A stretch of 64,000 bases of DNA from an uncultured virus (IMG/VR IMGVR_UViG_3300025697_000015). Its lineage: Duplodnaviria > Heunggongvirae > Uroviricota > Caudoviricetes. Under the pieces are notes generated by a model. That model saw nothing but the letters and a program-made list of their open reading frames with translations. It ran no database searches and was not told the origin of the DNA. Of this stretch, positions 10,092-20,161 are shown piece by piece. Position 1 is the stretch's first letter. Each line of letters starts with the position of its first letter. A program made the translations under genes and the position numbers. Location of the stretch: the IMG/VR virus record IMGVR_UViG_3300025697_000015; one strand, written 5' to 3'.

Positions 10092-11366
10092 TTATGCCTT
10101 TTGAATATGTTCATTCTTTAATACACCACGAGTATCAACTACTAACTGAGCACGACGGCCAATGTCCTCCCAGTCGTATTGAGAATGATTGGTGACAATT
10201 ACTACTGCATCGTACTGTTCAATGAACTCTAAGGATGCCGACCGACGAATGGATTTATGACGGCGGGTTTCCCAGAGTTCAGGAATGAAAGGGTCATTAT
10301 AACTCACAAGAGCCCCGGCCTCACTGAGGATTTTTATAATCTCCAACCCAGGGGATTCTCTCATATCATCAATGTCAGGCTTATAAGCAACACCAAGAAC
10401 AAGCACTTTACTCCCCTTCAAGGATTTCTCATGGTCATTCAGAGCTGCTGCAACCCGACCTACAACGTAATGAGGCATCTGAGTGTTGATCTCTCCTGCA
10501 AGCTCAATGAACCTGGTAGTTAAACCGAATTCCTTTGCTTTCCAAGTGAAATAGAATGGGTCAATGGGAATGCAATGGCCACCGAGTCCGGGGCCTGGAT
10601 AGAAAGGCATAAATCCGAAAGGTTTGGTTTTAGCAGCTTCAATAGCTTCCCACAAATCAATGTCCATCTCAATACAAGCCATCTTCAGCTCGTTTATCAT
10701 GGCAATGTTGACGGATCGGAAGATATTCTCCAGCAACTTAGTCATCTCTGCCACTTCAGGACTGCTTACAGGGTGGACGGTATCGATGACAGATTCGTAT
10801 AAAGCAACAGCTCGTCTGGTGCATTCGGGAGTCAGGCCTCCGACGACTTTAGTGATGTTACTTGTGTTGTATTCTGGGTTGCCTGGGTCTTCTCGTTCAG
10901 GGGAAAAGGCTAAGTGGAAATCTACTCCAGCTTTGAGGCCAGAAGTTTCCAGAATGGGCAACATCCGTTCTCTGGTTGTTCCGGGGTATGTAGATGACTC
11001 CAGAACGACCAAGGTGTCCTTCTGTAGGTACTTAGCTATCGTATGTGACGTTGCATCCACAAAAGACAAGTCAGGTTGTCTGTGGGCGTCTAAGGGGGTT
11101 GGGACGCATATGATAATAGTGCCACATTTCTTTAGATTTTCCATATCTGATGTGACAAGCATTGTCTGGTGTCGAGCATCTGTAAAAGACATAGCAGCTT
11201 GAACTCGTTCATCAGGTACTGTTTTTAAATAAGATACCCCTTGTTCAAGTTTAATGATCTTATTTTCATCAATGTCAAACCCAATAACTTCTTTACAGTG
11301 CTCATAAAAAGTCAGAGCTAAGGGAAGTCCAACGTATCCGAGCCCTATGACACCTATTGATTTCAT
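10092..11366 (-). CDS. UDP-N-acetylhexosamine 6-dehydrogenase (WbpA/WecC/TviB family)
   Basis: GLGYVGLP, CVPTP, ESSTYPGTT, SPEREDPGN, KLLENIFR, GGHCIPIDP, AYKPDIDDMRESP. Confidence 0.95.
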   Translation of the reverse strand: MKSIGVIGLGYVGLPLALTFYEHCKEVIGFDIDENKIIKLEQGVSYLKTVPDERVQAAMSFTDARHQTMLVTSDMENLKKCGTIIICVPTPLDAHRQPDLSFVDATSHTIAKYLQKDTLVVLESSTYPGTTRERMLPILETSGLKAGVDFHLAFSPEREDPGNPEYNTSNITKVVGGLTPECTRRAVALYESVIDTVHPVSSPEVAEMTKLLENIFRSVNIAMINELKMACIEMDIDLWEAIEAAKTKPFGFMPFYPGPGLGGHCIPIDPFYFTWKAKEFGLTTRFIELAGEINTQMPHYVVGRVAAALNDHEKSLKGSKVLVLGVAYKPDIDDMRESPGLEIIKILSEAGALVSYNDPFIPELWETRRHKSIRRSASLEFIEQYDAVVIVTNHSQYDWEDIGRRAQLVVDTRGVLKNEHIQKA

Positions 11367-12460
11367 TTTAATCTCCCGTAAAAACCAAAGAGTTTTTCAT
11401 TTTTTAAGGTTTCTGTGTGGATTTCTTCAAACAATCCTTTATATCTGCTGATTATATCTACTGAACCTCTTGGAAAACACCGGAGATGAGAAGGACCACC
11501 GAATGAAGGAACACACCCAACTACAAAAGACCCAGAAGGCAGTTTTTGCAGTAAAGCAATGTCATCTTCCACATGCTCAAGGGTTTCAAGAATACTGAAA
11601 TACTGATAATCACCCCAACCTGTGAAATCTTTAAAAGTTGATGTTATTACTTTGTTAGGAGTTCGGACAGATGCTTGTTTGACAGCTTCAGAGGAAAAAT
11701 CAATACCGTCTACATACAACTTAGCTTCTGATGCTTCTTGTAAGAAACCTCCTGGCCCACAACCTACATCTAACCCTTGAAACTCAGATTGTTGATTGTC
11801 ACGAAGAACTCGAACAGCCCATTTATAGTAAAATTTGCGGCCTCCCTCATATCTACCTATTACTGCAAACACATCATCGTAATATTCAGGGGGTGCCTCT
11901 TTTTTAGGGTTTTTTTTATACCATGCCGTAATGTTTGTTTGATTTCCATCACGCCCATCAGAAAACAATAAGGTTTCAGTATTGTACCCTGCTTCTGTAA
12001 AAAGCTGTGGCTGTGAGGATGACAGGTGTATCTCATAAGGGTTACCTCTTACAATCCCTTGAGGACAATCACCACAAGGACATCCTGTGATAACTAACCC
12101 ACGAGTTAGTTTTTTCAGTTTTTCAAGGATTCCTGGTAATTCCTCAGCAGGGACATGTTCGGGGCCGTGCCACCACATAACCACATCATATACATCCCCT
12201 GAATCCACATAATCTCGAATATCTGCATGGATAACTTTATGAGAAAAGCTTCTTAGAACTTTTACGTTAGGCTCCCACACTTCTAAGAAAGTTACATCAA
12301 AATTAGAAAACATTTTCACATGCCTTCCACCAGCACCTTTAGCTCCAATATACAACATTGTTTTATATGTTTTAAAATCCCCATCATCATCGAAGACCCT
12401 TTTCAAACTGGTGGGTCTTTCAGTCATAGGTTTTTCTACATTTAAAGTCCGAGTTATCAT
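11363..12460 (-). CDS. two-domain SAM-dependent methyltransferase
   Basis: N-domain LYIGA...HGPEH; C-domain LDVGCGPG, GIDFS, ETLEHV. Confidence 0.75.
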   Translation of the reverse strand: MITRTLNVEKPMTERPTSLKRVFDDDGDFKTYKTMLYIGAKGAGGRHVKMFSNFDVTFLEVWEPNVKVLRSFSHKVIHADIRDYVDSGDVYDVVMWWHGPEHVPAEELPGILEKLKKLTRGLVITGCPCGDCPQGIVRGNPYEIHLSSSQPQLFTEAGYNTETLLFSDGRDGNQTNITAWYKKNPKKEAPPEYYDDVFAVIGRYEGGRKFYYKWAVRVLRDNQQSEFQGLDVGCGPGGFLQEASEAKLYVDGIDFSSEAVKQASVRTPNKVITSTFKDFTGWGDYQYFSILETLEHVEDDIALLQKLPSGSFVVGCVPSFGGPSHLRCFPRGSVDIISRYKGLFEEIHTETLKNEKLFGFYGRLK

Positions 12461-13455
12461 AATAAACCAGCCTTCCCCAAAAGCTCTTGCATCTGTTTAG
12501 TTTGAGCTTCTAATCCCCAGTCACCTGTTTGAAGTGTAATGCCTTCTGGGGTTTTCTTGAAAGTCTTATAGCTTCCAATGTATTGCTTAGGGGTCCCTAA
12601 ACTTTCAGCCATGACTTTGTTTTTATCAGGTCCAAACCAGAATACAGGGACTGAGGCTCCGAACCCTGCCACCCCAACATGTAGTCGGCTGGTAATGATT
12701 TTGGCTGACTGAGAAATCATGTGGTCTAAGTGGCCAAATGAATCAGGTGTTACCACTCTAACAGGGCAGAGTTTTTCCAATTCAGTATGTAAGTATCTAT
12801 CGTCATCGTGATCTCCGAAAGCCTCTTTGATAGCCCTTTGCTCCCACGCTGCGGGGAGAGCTAACCATTCTTTACTTGTGTCAGCTTTAATCATCTCTGC
12901 TAACTGTTTTAACACCCTATCTTGAAGTGCTTTCGGTTGTTTAGACAAACCCCAAGAAATACAGACGGCATTATGAGATTTCGGTCGGTCAGGTGTCCCA
13001 TTAGCCAACATTGGGTCAAAAGCTCGAACTGCTTCTAAGCCTGCCTTCCGCACATACTGAATAGATTTGTCTCTGACACTAATTAAAGCAGCTTTAGAAG
13101 CAAAACCCATTATCTCGGGGGTCATTACTCCACAACCCACCCCCCAGATGACAATTGGGCATTTGATATCAACAAGCCACGGGTTTTTGAGCATAAAGTT
13201 TTGAGTCAGGATAGTTCCGGCACCATAGACAAATAAATCTGCCTGTTTACATAAATGTTGTATTTTTGATTTGTCCGTCCTATGAGCATAACCTTTGACA
13301 TCCTTATGATGGAAATTTAGAAACCAACTCGACCCACCAATTATACTGAATTCTGCATCAGGGTAGATAGTTCGAAGCATCTTTCGGATGTTCTGAGCAC
13401 TAACTTCATCTCCATAATTCCGTGTCCCTACACAACCAAATTGTACTATATTCAT
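12457..13455 (-). CDS. polysaccharide pyruvyl transferase
   Basis: NYGD, GVG, ISVRD, DP and TSRLH motifs. Confidence 0.85.
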   Translation of the reverse strand: MNIVQFGCVGTRNYGDEVSAQNIRKMLRTIYPDAEFSIIGGSSWFLNFHHKDVKGYAHRTDKSKIQHLCKQADLFVYGAGTILTQNFMLKNPWLVDIKCPIVIWGVGCGVMTPEIMGFASKAALISVRDKSIQYVRKAGLEAVRAFDPMLANGTPDRPKSHNAVCISWGLSKQPKALQDRVLKQLAEMIKADTSKEWLALPAAWEQRAIKEAFGDHDDDRYLHTELEKLCPVRVVTPDSFGHLDHMISQSAKIITSRLHVGVAGFGASVPVFWFGPDKNKVMAESLGTPKQYIGSYKTFKKTPEGITLQTGDWGLEAQTKQMQELLGKAGLL

Positions 13456-14405
13456 AATATCCTCTTTATCATTTGTAACAGGGTAGTTGCTCTAACTTCA
13501 GCAGAGTGATTCTCTAACACAAATTTCCGGGCATTCTCAGCAATATGTTCTTTGTTCTTTAAAATGATCCCTGGATAATTCCTTTCATTAACGGGGACAT
13601 AATGTTTGTCGGGGATGAAACCTAATGCATCAAGTCTTGGATTTCTATCAATATAGGGAACACAACCACAAGCAGGTACCTCAAATGTTTTACATATCAC
13701 ATAAGGTAACACCATTCCAAACGGAGTCCCTGATGTAGCTAAAGCTCCTTGATGTGACCCAAGATTTTCATAATAAGGTACTCCTATTATATCATGTTTG
13801 GTTTTTTTCCCATTATTTACATAACCTGGATGCGGTAAAACATCATATAAGCTACGTTTCCGTCGAGCATATTTATTCAGAAGGTCTCGGATTGGATAGA
13901 CTTCTTTTCGAGTAGCCCCACTTAGCAAGATCTTTGGGGTTCTCTCAGCCCAAGGAGTTGTATTTTCAAAACATTCCATAGGTGCCCACCAAGGGAAATC
14001 TACACTTTTGTGATGGAACTCTTTATAGACAGGCATTGTTAAGAAAACATCTTGATAAGGTAAAAGGATTTTATCAGCACTCTGGAAAATAAAGAGCCTA
14101 CTCTTTTTAATTTCTGGTGTGTACCAATGCAAATCATCCCAGAATAAAATTATTTTGGTTTGATTCCGTTTATAAAAAGGAATCAATGGTCTGAATAACC
14201 CAGAGGCTGAAATTGATAGGAGTACGTCTGGAGGGTTTTTTTTAATTTTGGTTTTTTGTTCCTCTAGTGTGTTTCCTATGTCTACAAGTTCTAGCTCAGA
14301 ATCTTCTTTAATCCGCTGCTGTAACAGAGTTATAAATAAAGATGGGACTCTGATAATATTTTTCATCAAATAAGGGTCGTGGGGAACTGCTACTTTAATC
14401 ATCAT
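13452..14405 (-). CDS. GT-B glycosyltransferase (CgeB/Glyco_trans_1_2-like)
   Basis: DDLH, HPGY, KTFEVPACG, ARKFVLENHS. Confidence 0.75.
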   Translation of the reverse strand: MMIKVAVPHDPYLMKNIIRVPSLFITLLQQRIKEDSELELVDIGNTLEEQKTKIKKNPPDVLLSISASGLFRPLIPFYKRNQTKIILFWDDLHWYTPEIKKSRLFIFQSADKILLPYQDVFLTMPVYKEFHHKSVDFPWWAPMECFENTTPWAERTPKILLSGATRKEVYPIRDLLNKYARRKRSLYDVLPHPGYVNNGKKTKHDIIGVPYYENLGSHQGALATSGTPFGMVLPYVICKTFEVPACGCVPYIDRNPRLDALGFIPDKHYVPVNERNYPGIILKNKEHIAENARKFVLENHSAEVRATTLLQMIKRIL

Positions 14406-17400
14406 AGCCCTCCAACACCTTAGTAGGGTCAGGTTTCCCTGTACCCCGAATCATCGGATCTCTCCAAGTTCCTTGTAAAGTTTTTTGTCTTTTATCTCCA
14501 TAAGGGTCTTTGTAATCCTTGGTGTCAGGATGCCATCTGTGGAACAGATAGAGGGATTTTTTCCTAAACAGCTCCAGTTTTTCATGTTTGCAGTGCCAAT
14601 AAATATCATTGTCTTCTCCACCCCAGCGGGCAATTCGATGATCCCACCCCCCAACTTTCAGATAAGCCTCTCTATGGAAAGCAGCCATCCCAAAGCCATC
14701 AACCCGCCAGAACCCATTAGAGTAAGCAGGGTTCTTCGTGTTGCCTTGTATAATCATCTGAGAATCCTTGTGGAGACCGTAACAAATCGGGAACATAACT
14801 TTCTGAGCTGATGTGTGCCGGCGGACCCAAGCCCAATACAAAGGACTACTGACAGCCATATCTATATCAAAGAACATCAGCAAGTCATGTTGGGCACAAA
14901 GGGCTGCCATATGTAGCCCCTTACCCCGAGAGAAATACCCTTCGGCAGGTATAACTTTGTAAGGAATGTTGATCTTCTGCAAAGTTTTGTAAACGTCACA
15001 ATCATTGGACTGGAAATCCGTAATAACCAACTCATACAGAGCAGGGTTATCAATACCTTGGTTTAAGTAACTGACGAACCCTTCCAACATCCCAATCCTG
15101 TTCTTCAAACTAATGCAAATGCTGATAGGGTCCTGCGGGTGGCTGACTCCAGCAGCATGAAACAACCGTTGATCCTCTGCTAGACATGAAGAAGCTTCTG
15201 GGTCGTCCGTCAATAACGAATAAGGATAACGGCCATTTAAGTATGACCACAAGCCTCGTGGACCGGATACTTTAGGGAACTCTACGTCAGCCCAAAGGAA
15301 ATCATAACAAGGCTGAGGTGATGCTGTCGTCAAAAGATTCTTGTTACGGGCAATCAGTTTTTTGTCATTCATTCCTCGGCTGGGTCCACTTTCAAACGTC
15401 ACATTCTGATTCTCTGGTATATCCAAGAACCATAATGGATGCTCAAAGGGGTACTCATTCTGTAATTGAAGGAGCTTGACAGTTCTATCTGTCCATTCCT
15501 TATGGCCATGACCTCGGCCAACAAATCTCATATCCATCCCACCAGATACCTCTAGGGCATGTCGTGTATGGAACGTAATGACTCCGGGTGTGCAATGAGG
15601 TTTCTGTTTCCTTCTATACTCAAGGAATTGGAAACCTGCAATGTTCTTGGCTTCACCTGTCTTTTGCCAAGTATTAGGCCATTCCACGATTGGGCCGTAC
15701 ATCATATGATGTATGTCAGCACTCTGGCTGGCTTGGATATATTTATGGAAAAACTCCCAGTCAGGAATATTACAATCATCTTCAACCAAGAAGAAATAAT
15801 CACAATCCTTCTCGAATAAGTATTGAAGGGCATTATTCTTAACCCAAGCCACACCTAAATTTGTCCGGTGGATGCATGGGATATTGTTAATCATAGGAAG
15901 TGGTCGATTTGTATCACCAGTGGATAAAACAGCTTCAACTTGGAACCCAGCCTTGCTGGCCATCTGAGTTATCAAGGACAGATTTTGAGACCATCTTTGT
16001 AAAGCCTCGGGTTTGTTAAAGGAACATACTCCAATTCCTACAATCGGTTGTTGTTTTGCAGAAGTTCTCCTAAAAGCAAACGGTCGTTTAGGAAGCGGTG
16101 GGGTGTAAGCAGGAGGTTTCTGATGTTTTTTATACTCTTGTAGTATCTTTCTCACACTGTCAGGGATACTTGATTGAAGAAGACTCCCTTCCCCGTGGAT
16201 AACAAAACCGCCTCTACTTGTTCGGCCATTGATTTCAACTACCGGTCGGGGATATAAATTATTCCCGTGCTGGCAGCAAATCAAGGCTCCCATCTTGTCA
16301 GTCACATCAACAAAAGGAACTCTTAATGCTTTAATTAAATTTGCTAAAGCTCCGTCTTCACCTTTCACTCTGGATGGCCAACCTTTTAAAGTCCTTAACA
16401 TTTTGGCATCGTAGTTCATACTGGTGCCAATTAGCCCCCACTCAGGACGACCTTTCCAATTCATCACCCGATCTTCATAAATATCATAGAAGTATATTTG
16501 ACCAACTCCCGACCAAGCAGCTCCAGCCCTATAGGCATCCACAGCTGCTTCTAAACGATCAGGTGGTTGGATATCATCGTCATCGGCTTTCATTATCAAA
16601 GAAGTGTCGTCAGACTCTCCTAACATTAAATTGAGTTTAGAAGTTACTGTCGGAGAAGCTGATATAATGTATTTTACCCCAGCTTTTTGGGCTACAGCTT
16701 TTCCAAGGTCGTCAATCATCCCAGACACTAGGATATTATAAGACCAGCCTTCAGGGACTCGTTGGTTCTGGAGTCTTTTCAAGCAAATGGTTAGTAATTC
16801 TGGGCGGTTATGGGTGGCAACAAAGAAAGTTGCTTTCTTTAGTTTGGTTTCGAGTTGTTTAGTTCTGGTTTTCTGGATGTCTTCTGTAAAAACTTCAAGA
16901 GTCTCCGTTGTCCCCCAAGCTTCTGTGAGTTGTCCTTGGGCTTCCCATACGGGTGTTTGAGAAGACGGAATTAACCGCTGAGTTAATATCAGTAAACCTG
17001 TCTTATCTGTAATGAATGTATGGTCAGGAGCTCCTGCTTGTACAACTTTAAGAACTTGTTTCCGTTTTGGTAGTTTCCCCACACCTGTTAGATTCAAAAC
17101 TGATTTGGAATGGTCGGTAATGTTCTCCCATGTAGCCACAGAGACATCAAAGAACCGGTCTACTAAAACAGCATAAGGGTATATCTGGAAGAAGTATTTC
17201 CCTCGAAGGGAACTGAGACTTTCATAGCACCACCGCCGGAATTTAAGAGTAGGCATTGTTTCAGGAGACCTGAGATAGTCCCATTGGTGTTGTGCTAGAA
17301 TAGCTCCTGCTTCTGACTCCAGATCCGTGTTGTTTGTTATCACCAATACGGATAGGGATAATTTCTTACCTAACCGAACAATATCTTTCAATACCGGGAC

Positions 17401-17460
17401 GATAGATTTATTCGGGTCGTTCTCAAAAACAGGAATTATTATATGAGCTATAGGTCTCAC
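14395..17460 (-). CDS. multi-domain GT-A glycosyltransferase (GT2-like domains plus C-terminal GT7-like domain)
   Basis: ATHNRPE...ADDDD; CSFNKPE...LVEDD; FFDID...GGWD...WGGED...HRWH. Confidence 0.85.
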   Translation of the reverse strand: MRPIAHIIIPVFENDPNKSIVPVLKDIVRLGKKLSLSVLVITNNTDLESEAGAILAQHQWDYLRSPETMPTLKFRRWCYESLSSLRGKYFFQIYPYAVLVDRFFDVSVATWENITDHSKSVLNLTGVGKLPKRKQVLKVVQAGAPDHTFITDKTGLLILTQRLIPSSQTPVWEAQGQLTEAWGTTETLEVFTEDIQKTRTKQLETKLKKATFFVATHNRPELLTICLKRLQNQRVPEGWSYNILVSGMIDDLGKAVAQKAGVKYIISASPTVTSKLNLMLGESDDTSLIMKADDDDIQPPDRLEAAVDAYRAGAAWSGVGQIYFYDIYEDRVMNWKGRPEWGLIGTSMNYDAKMLRTLKGWPSRVKGEDGALANLIKALRVPFVDVTDKMGALICCQHGNNLYPRPVVEINGRTSRGGFVIHGEGSLLQSSIPDSVRKILQEYKKHQKPPAYTPPLPKRPFAFRRTSAKQQPIVGIGVCSFNKPEALQRWSQNLSLITQMASKAGFQVEAVLSTGDTNRPLPMINNIPCIHRTNLGVAWVKNNALQYLFEKDCDYFFLVEDDCNIPDWEFFHKYIQASQSADIHHMMYGPIVEWPNTWQKTGEAKNIAGFQFLEYRRKQKPHCTPGVITFHTRHALEVSGGMDMRFVGRGHGHKEWTDRTVKLLQLQNEYPFEHPLWFLDIPENQNVTFESGPSRGMNDKKLIARNKNLLTTASPQPCYDFLWADVEFPKVSGPRGLWSYLNGRYPYSLLTDDPEASSCLAEDQRLFHAAGVSHPQDPISICISLKNRIGMLEGFVSYLNQGIDNPALYELVITDFQSNDCDVYKTLQKINIPYKVIPAEGYFSRGKGLHMAALCAQHDLLMFFDIDMAVSSPLYWAWVRRHTSAQKVMFPICYGLHKDSQMIIQGNTKNPAYSNGFWRVDGFGMAAFHREAYLKVGGWDHRIARWGGEDNDIYWHCKHEKLELFRKKSLYLFHRWHPDTKDYKDPYGDKRQKTLQGTWRDPMIRGTGKPDPTKVLEGYDD

Positions 17461-17481
17461 GGATACCTCCTAAGTCAGTCC

Positions 17482-17514
17482 TTTAATATACCGACAATAT
17501 AGCAGGTCTACTGA
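17482..17514 (-). promoter_or_regulatory. class-II motif (CTAT-N13-TA) heading the glycan operon
   Basis: Minus strand TCAGTAGACCTG-CTAT-N13-TAAA; matches copies at 35021-35053 and elsewhere. Confidence 0.5.
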
Positions 17515-17515
17515 C

Positions 17516-17725
17516 TTATTTCTTTTCGAGTCTATCCTTTTCGAGGGGGCATGTATGATCAAGACTCTGCCAAACACCATTGATTCTACTTTCATAATAC
17601 CCACACCGTTTACATGTACGACGTAAGCAAGGTTCTTCAACATCACATATACAATCATAAGGTTCTTCTCTGCCCCATTTATGTGCTCCGGCTATACATT
17701 TAAAAAAGTTCATTAGGAAATCCAT
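17516..17725 (-). CDS. small Cys/His-rich hypothetical protein
   Basis: C..H.W...CxxC pattern; coupled to the upstream ORF. Confidence 0.6.
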   Translation of the reverse strand: MDFLMNFFKCIAGAHKWGREEPYDCICDVEEPCLRRTCKRCGYYESRINGVWQSLDHTCPLEKDRLEKK

Positions 17726-18375
17726 TAGTTCACCATTGCTTTCGGGGTTTTCTTTGAAACGGTTATCATGAAAGAATCAGCCACTTTTAAAAGTGATCGG
17801 ATTCCTTCGGTTGAGGTGTCTTTTGTTATGAATTGAATTGTTAATGTTTTATCCCTACCTAGCATCTTTTTCTTAACTCCTTTTTCAACCTTAAAGGAGT
17901 CGAAAACCTTAGCAATTTCAACAGACCCCTCAGCATAAGAAATATGGTTGAGTCCTTCAAGGACTTGAGGGAGGTTGTCTAATTGAATACACAGATTTTC
18001 TTGGCCTACGATGATTTGATAAAATAACCCAAACCATTGGAAGTCATGTTTAACATGAATCCTATATTCGTGAGTTTTCTTATTGATCTGGCCAGTCTGA
18101 CCCGCTGTGAACGGTAATCCCTCACAAGCTTTTTTGATTCGATGAAATAAATCCAACATAAACTGATTTTCTTTGATATCCTGACGGTTTTTTTCTGTTG
18201 CCAAACTAAGTTCCAGAAGAATTTGTCCAGCTTTGGTTGTGTGCAAAGTTTTCAGAGTATGCCCATTAGGAAGAATTTTCTTCCAATCCCCTTTCATAAA
18301 GAAAAGTGCCAATCCCAGTTTGATGAACAAGGAACTAAAAAAAAGCCGTAAGTATTCAAAAAATCTATTTATCAT
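17725..18375 (-). CDS. hypothetical protein with hydrophobic N-terminus
   Basis: ORF with SD GAGGA. Confidence 0.65.
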   Translation of the reverse strand: MINRFFEYLRLFFSSLFIKLGLALFFMKGDWKKILPNGHTLKTLHTTKAGQILLELSLATEKNRQDIKENQFMLDLFHRIKKACEGLPFTAGQTGQINKKTHEYRIHVKHDFQWFGLFYQIIVGQENLCIQLDNLPQVLEGLNHISYAEGSVEIAKVFDSFKVEKGVKKKMLGRDKTLTIQFITKDTSTEGIRSLLKVADSFMITVSKKTPKAMVN

Positions 18376-18379
18376 AAAA

Positions 18380-18568
18380 TTATCCTCTATTGCTTAATCC
18401 GAATCCTCGAGTTTTAACATTATATCTCTCCACCAACTCCCAAGCACCCTCTGATGTCAATTCAAGAAGGTATCTCCCTTTAGCATCATAAGCATGATAT
18501 TCTTGCACCTCACCACCTTTGAACGCGACTAATCTAATAAGGGAAAATGGCGGAGTTAGCTTAGTCAT
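18380..18568 (-). CDS. hypothetical protein
   Basis: Packed ORF. Confidence 0.55.
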   Translation of the reverse strand: MTKLTPPFSLIRLVAFKGGEVQEYHAYDAKGRYLLELTSEGAWELVERYNVKTRGFGLSNRG

Positions 18569-18824
18569 CTTTGTATGGCCTCAAATCCTCACGTTCAGTC
18601 TCCTGATTTTCCATCAGTTCAAATTCATGATACCTGTAAGGGGCAGTGCCGTGGTCGTGCATTACCCACCAAACTCCAGGGTGATCTTTTACAGGGCTCT
18701 GTACCACACCTTCAACATCTTCTTTACGGTGTTCAAGATATTGTTGCTCAACGAGCAAACCCGGACGGAGATCCACAGTCTTTGTGAATACCCGTTGTCC
18801 TGGTTTTATATCAGCTAAAATCAT
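18561..18824 (-). CDS. hypothetical protein
   Basis: SD GGAGG. Confidence 0.65.
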   Translation of the reverse strand: MILADIKPGQRVFTKTVDLRPGLLVEQQYLEHRKEDVEGVVQSPVKDHPGVWWVMHDHGTAPYRYHEFELMENQETEREDLRPYKDD

Positions 18825-18842
18825 TCCACATTCCTCCTTGGG

Positions 18843-19133
18843 TTACTCTACCCTAAGTAGGTTTGCTGATAATTCTAAACCTTTCAAAGTAGCTACTCTT
18901 TTCCAGAAATTGTGAGAGTACTGGCAATTCTCCAGTTCCATATCCTTATGATCCATACTGGGGAAATCTGTCCGATGGAAAGTTTCAGTCCAAAGCTTCT
19001 CGGCAGCTTTTAGTTTTTCAGTAATAAAAGCCTCGTCTGTCAGAGAAGCAATATCGTTTACTTTCTGTTCCAAGGTTTTCCTTGAGTTTCCCAAAGCTTG
19101 AAAGTATTCTCTAACTTTAATGCTCATTTTCAT
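18843..19133 (-). CDS. hypothetical protein
   Basis: SD AAGGAGG; directly below a class-I motif. Confidence 0.7.
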   Translation of the reverse strand: MKMSIKVREYFQALGNSRKTLEQKVNDIASLTDEAFITEKLKAAEKLWTETFHRTDFPSMDHKDMELENCQYSHNFWKRVATLKGLELSANLLRVE

Positions 19134-19151
19134 ATTATTTCCTCCTTACGT

Positions 19152-19225
19152 CAACAACCCACAACTTTAAGAAACTAAGCCGAAAAATCAAATCTAGCTT
19201 AGTTTACCCTATTTGGGGGTTGTTG
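19152..19225. promoter_or_regulatory. divergent pair of class-I motifs (19152-19180 minus, 19197-19225 plus)
   Basis: Back-to-back copies at a strand switch. Confidence 0.75.
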
Positions 19226-19271
19226 GGGTAGAAGAATAGATAATTAAGTTTTTTCAAATTAGGAGTTTGTA

Positions 19272-19805
19272 ATGATTGACCCAAAAGATACAAAAATCTT
19301 TATCGTTCTCCGAGGTGTTCCTGGTTGTGGTAAATCCGAATTTGCCCAAATGTTGGCTGCCATGTATGGAGTTATGGAGTCCCGAGTACTCACCACAGAC
19401 GATTTTTGGACAAAAGAACGTCCTTTTGAACACGGTTTACTTGGACATGCCCACGAATGGAACTACTGTCGTGCCGGTGCTGCTTTTGAGGAAGGTGTGT
19501 CTCTGGTCATCTTAGCCAACACCTGTACTCAGGAGTATGAGTTTGACAGATATGTCAAACTGGCTAAGTTGGACGGCTATCGTGTGTATTTCCTCGTTGT
19601 GGAAAACCGTCATGGAGGTACAAACGATCAAAGGCCTCCTGAAAAGAGAGTCCCCGAAGATATCGTTTTGGGCATGGAAAATCGGTTTGAGTTGAAACTT
19701 TTTAAGGACAATAAAGTTCTGCGTCCTTTGGATTTGTTGGGTAGATTAAAAAAGAAAGTGAAAGGAACAGCATTATGGGCCACGATAAAGACTTATTCAA
19801 AATAA
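19272..19805 (+). CDS. P-loop kinase (AAA_33 / polynucleotide-kinase-like)
   Basis: LRGVPGCGKS, TTDDF, ANT, VENRH, VP. Confidence 0.85.
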   Translation: MIDPKDTKIFIVLRGVPGCGKSEFAQMLAAMYGVMESRVLTTDDFWTKERPFEHGLLGHAHEWNYCRAGAAFEEGVSLVILANTCTQEYEFDRYVKLAKLDGYRVYFLVVENRHGGTNDQRPPEKRVPEDIVLGMENRFELKLFKDNKVLRPLDLLGRLKKKVKGTALWATIKTYSK

Positions 19806-20158
19806 CCCCAACCGTTCTCCGAATGGACAGGCGTATTTGCAAGACAGAGGTTCAATGTTGCTGGTATGACAGAGATCAGGATGGTGAGCCTTGTACTGAA
19901 TCTGTAGACAACTGTGACTATATCCAAATGCTCATCAGTGAAGCTGAACTTGAGGCTGAAGCTGAAAAAGATATTGAGATTGAGGACTTACGTGACCAAG
20001 TTGAGTCTCGGGAGGCTCAAATGGCCGAGCTTGAAGCAGCATTGAAGCTAGATGACACCCTCCCTGCATTACGGAAACAGCTCGTCCAAGTTTCAGAGCA
20101 ACTCTCGGTTCTGGAGAAACAGAAATCCGAAGCTAAGATATCCCCAAAAAAGGAGTAA
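19775..20158 (+). CDS. coiled-coil hypothetical protein
   Basis: ORF with heptad-rich C-terminus. Confidence 0.6.
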   Translation: MGHDKDLFKITPTVLRMDRRICKTEVQCCWYDRDQDGEPCTESVDNCDYIQMLISEAELEAEAEKDIEIEDLRDQVESREAQMAELEAALKLDDTLPALRKQLVQVSEQLSVLEKQKSEAKISPKKE

Positions 20159-20161
20159 TAT

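Noticed and set aside
5711..17460. Host O-antigen/capsule locus or bacterial chromosome
   Set aside because: No export or polymerase membrane genes; it overlaps a phage-type gene at one end and has a phage class-II motif at the other.
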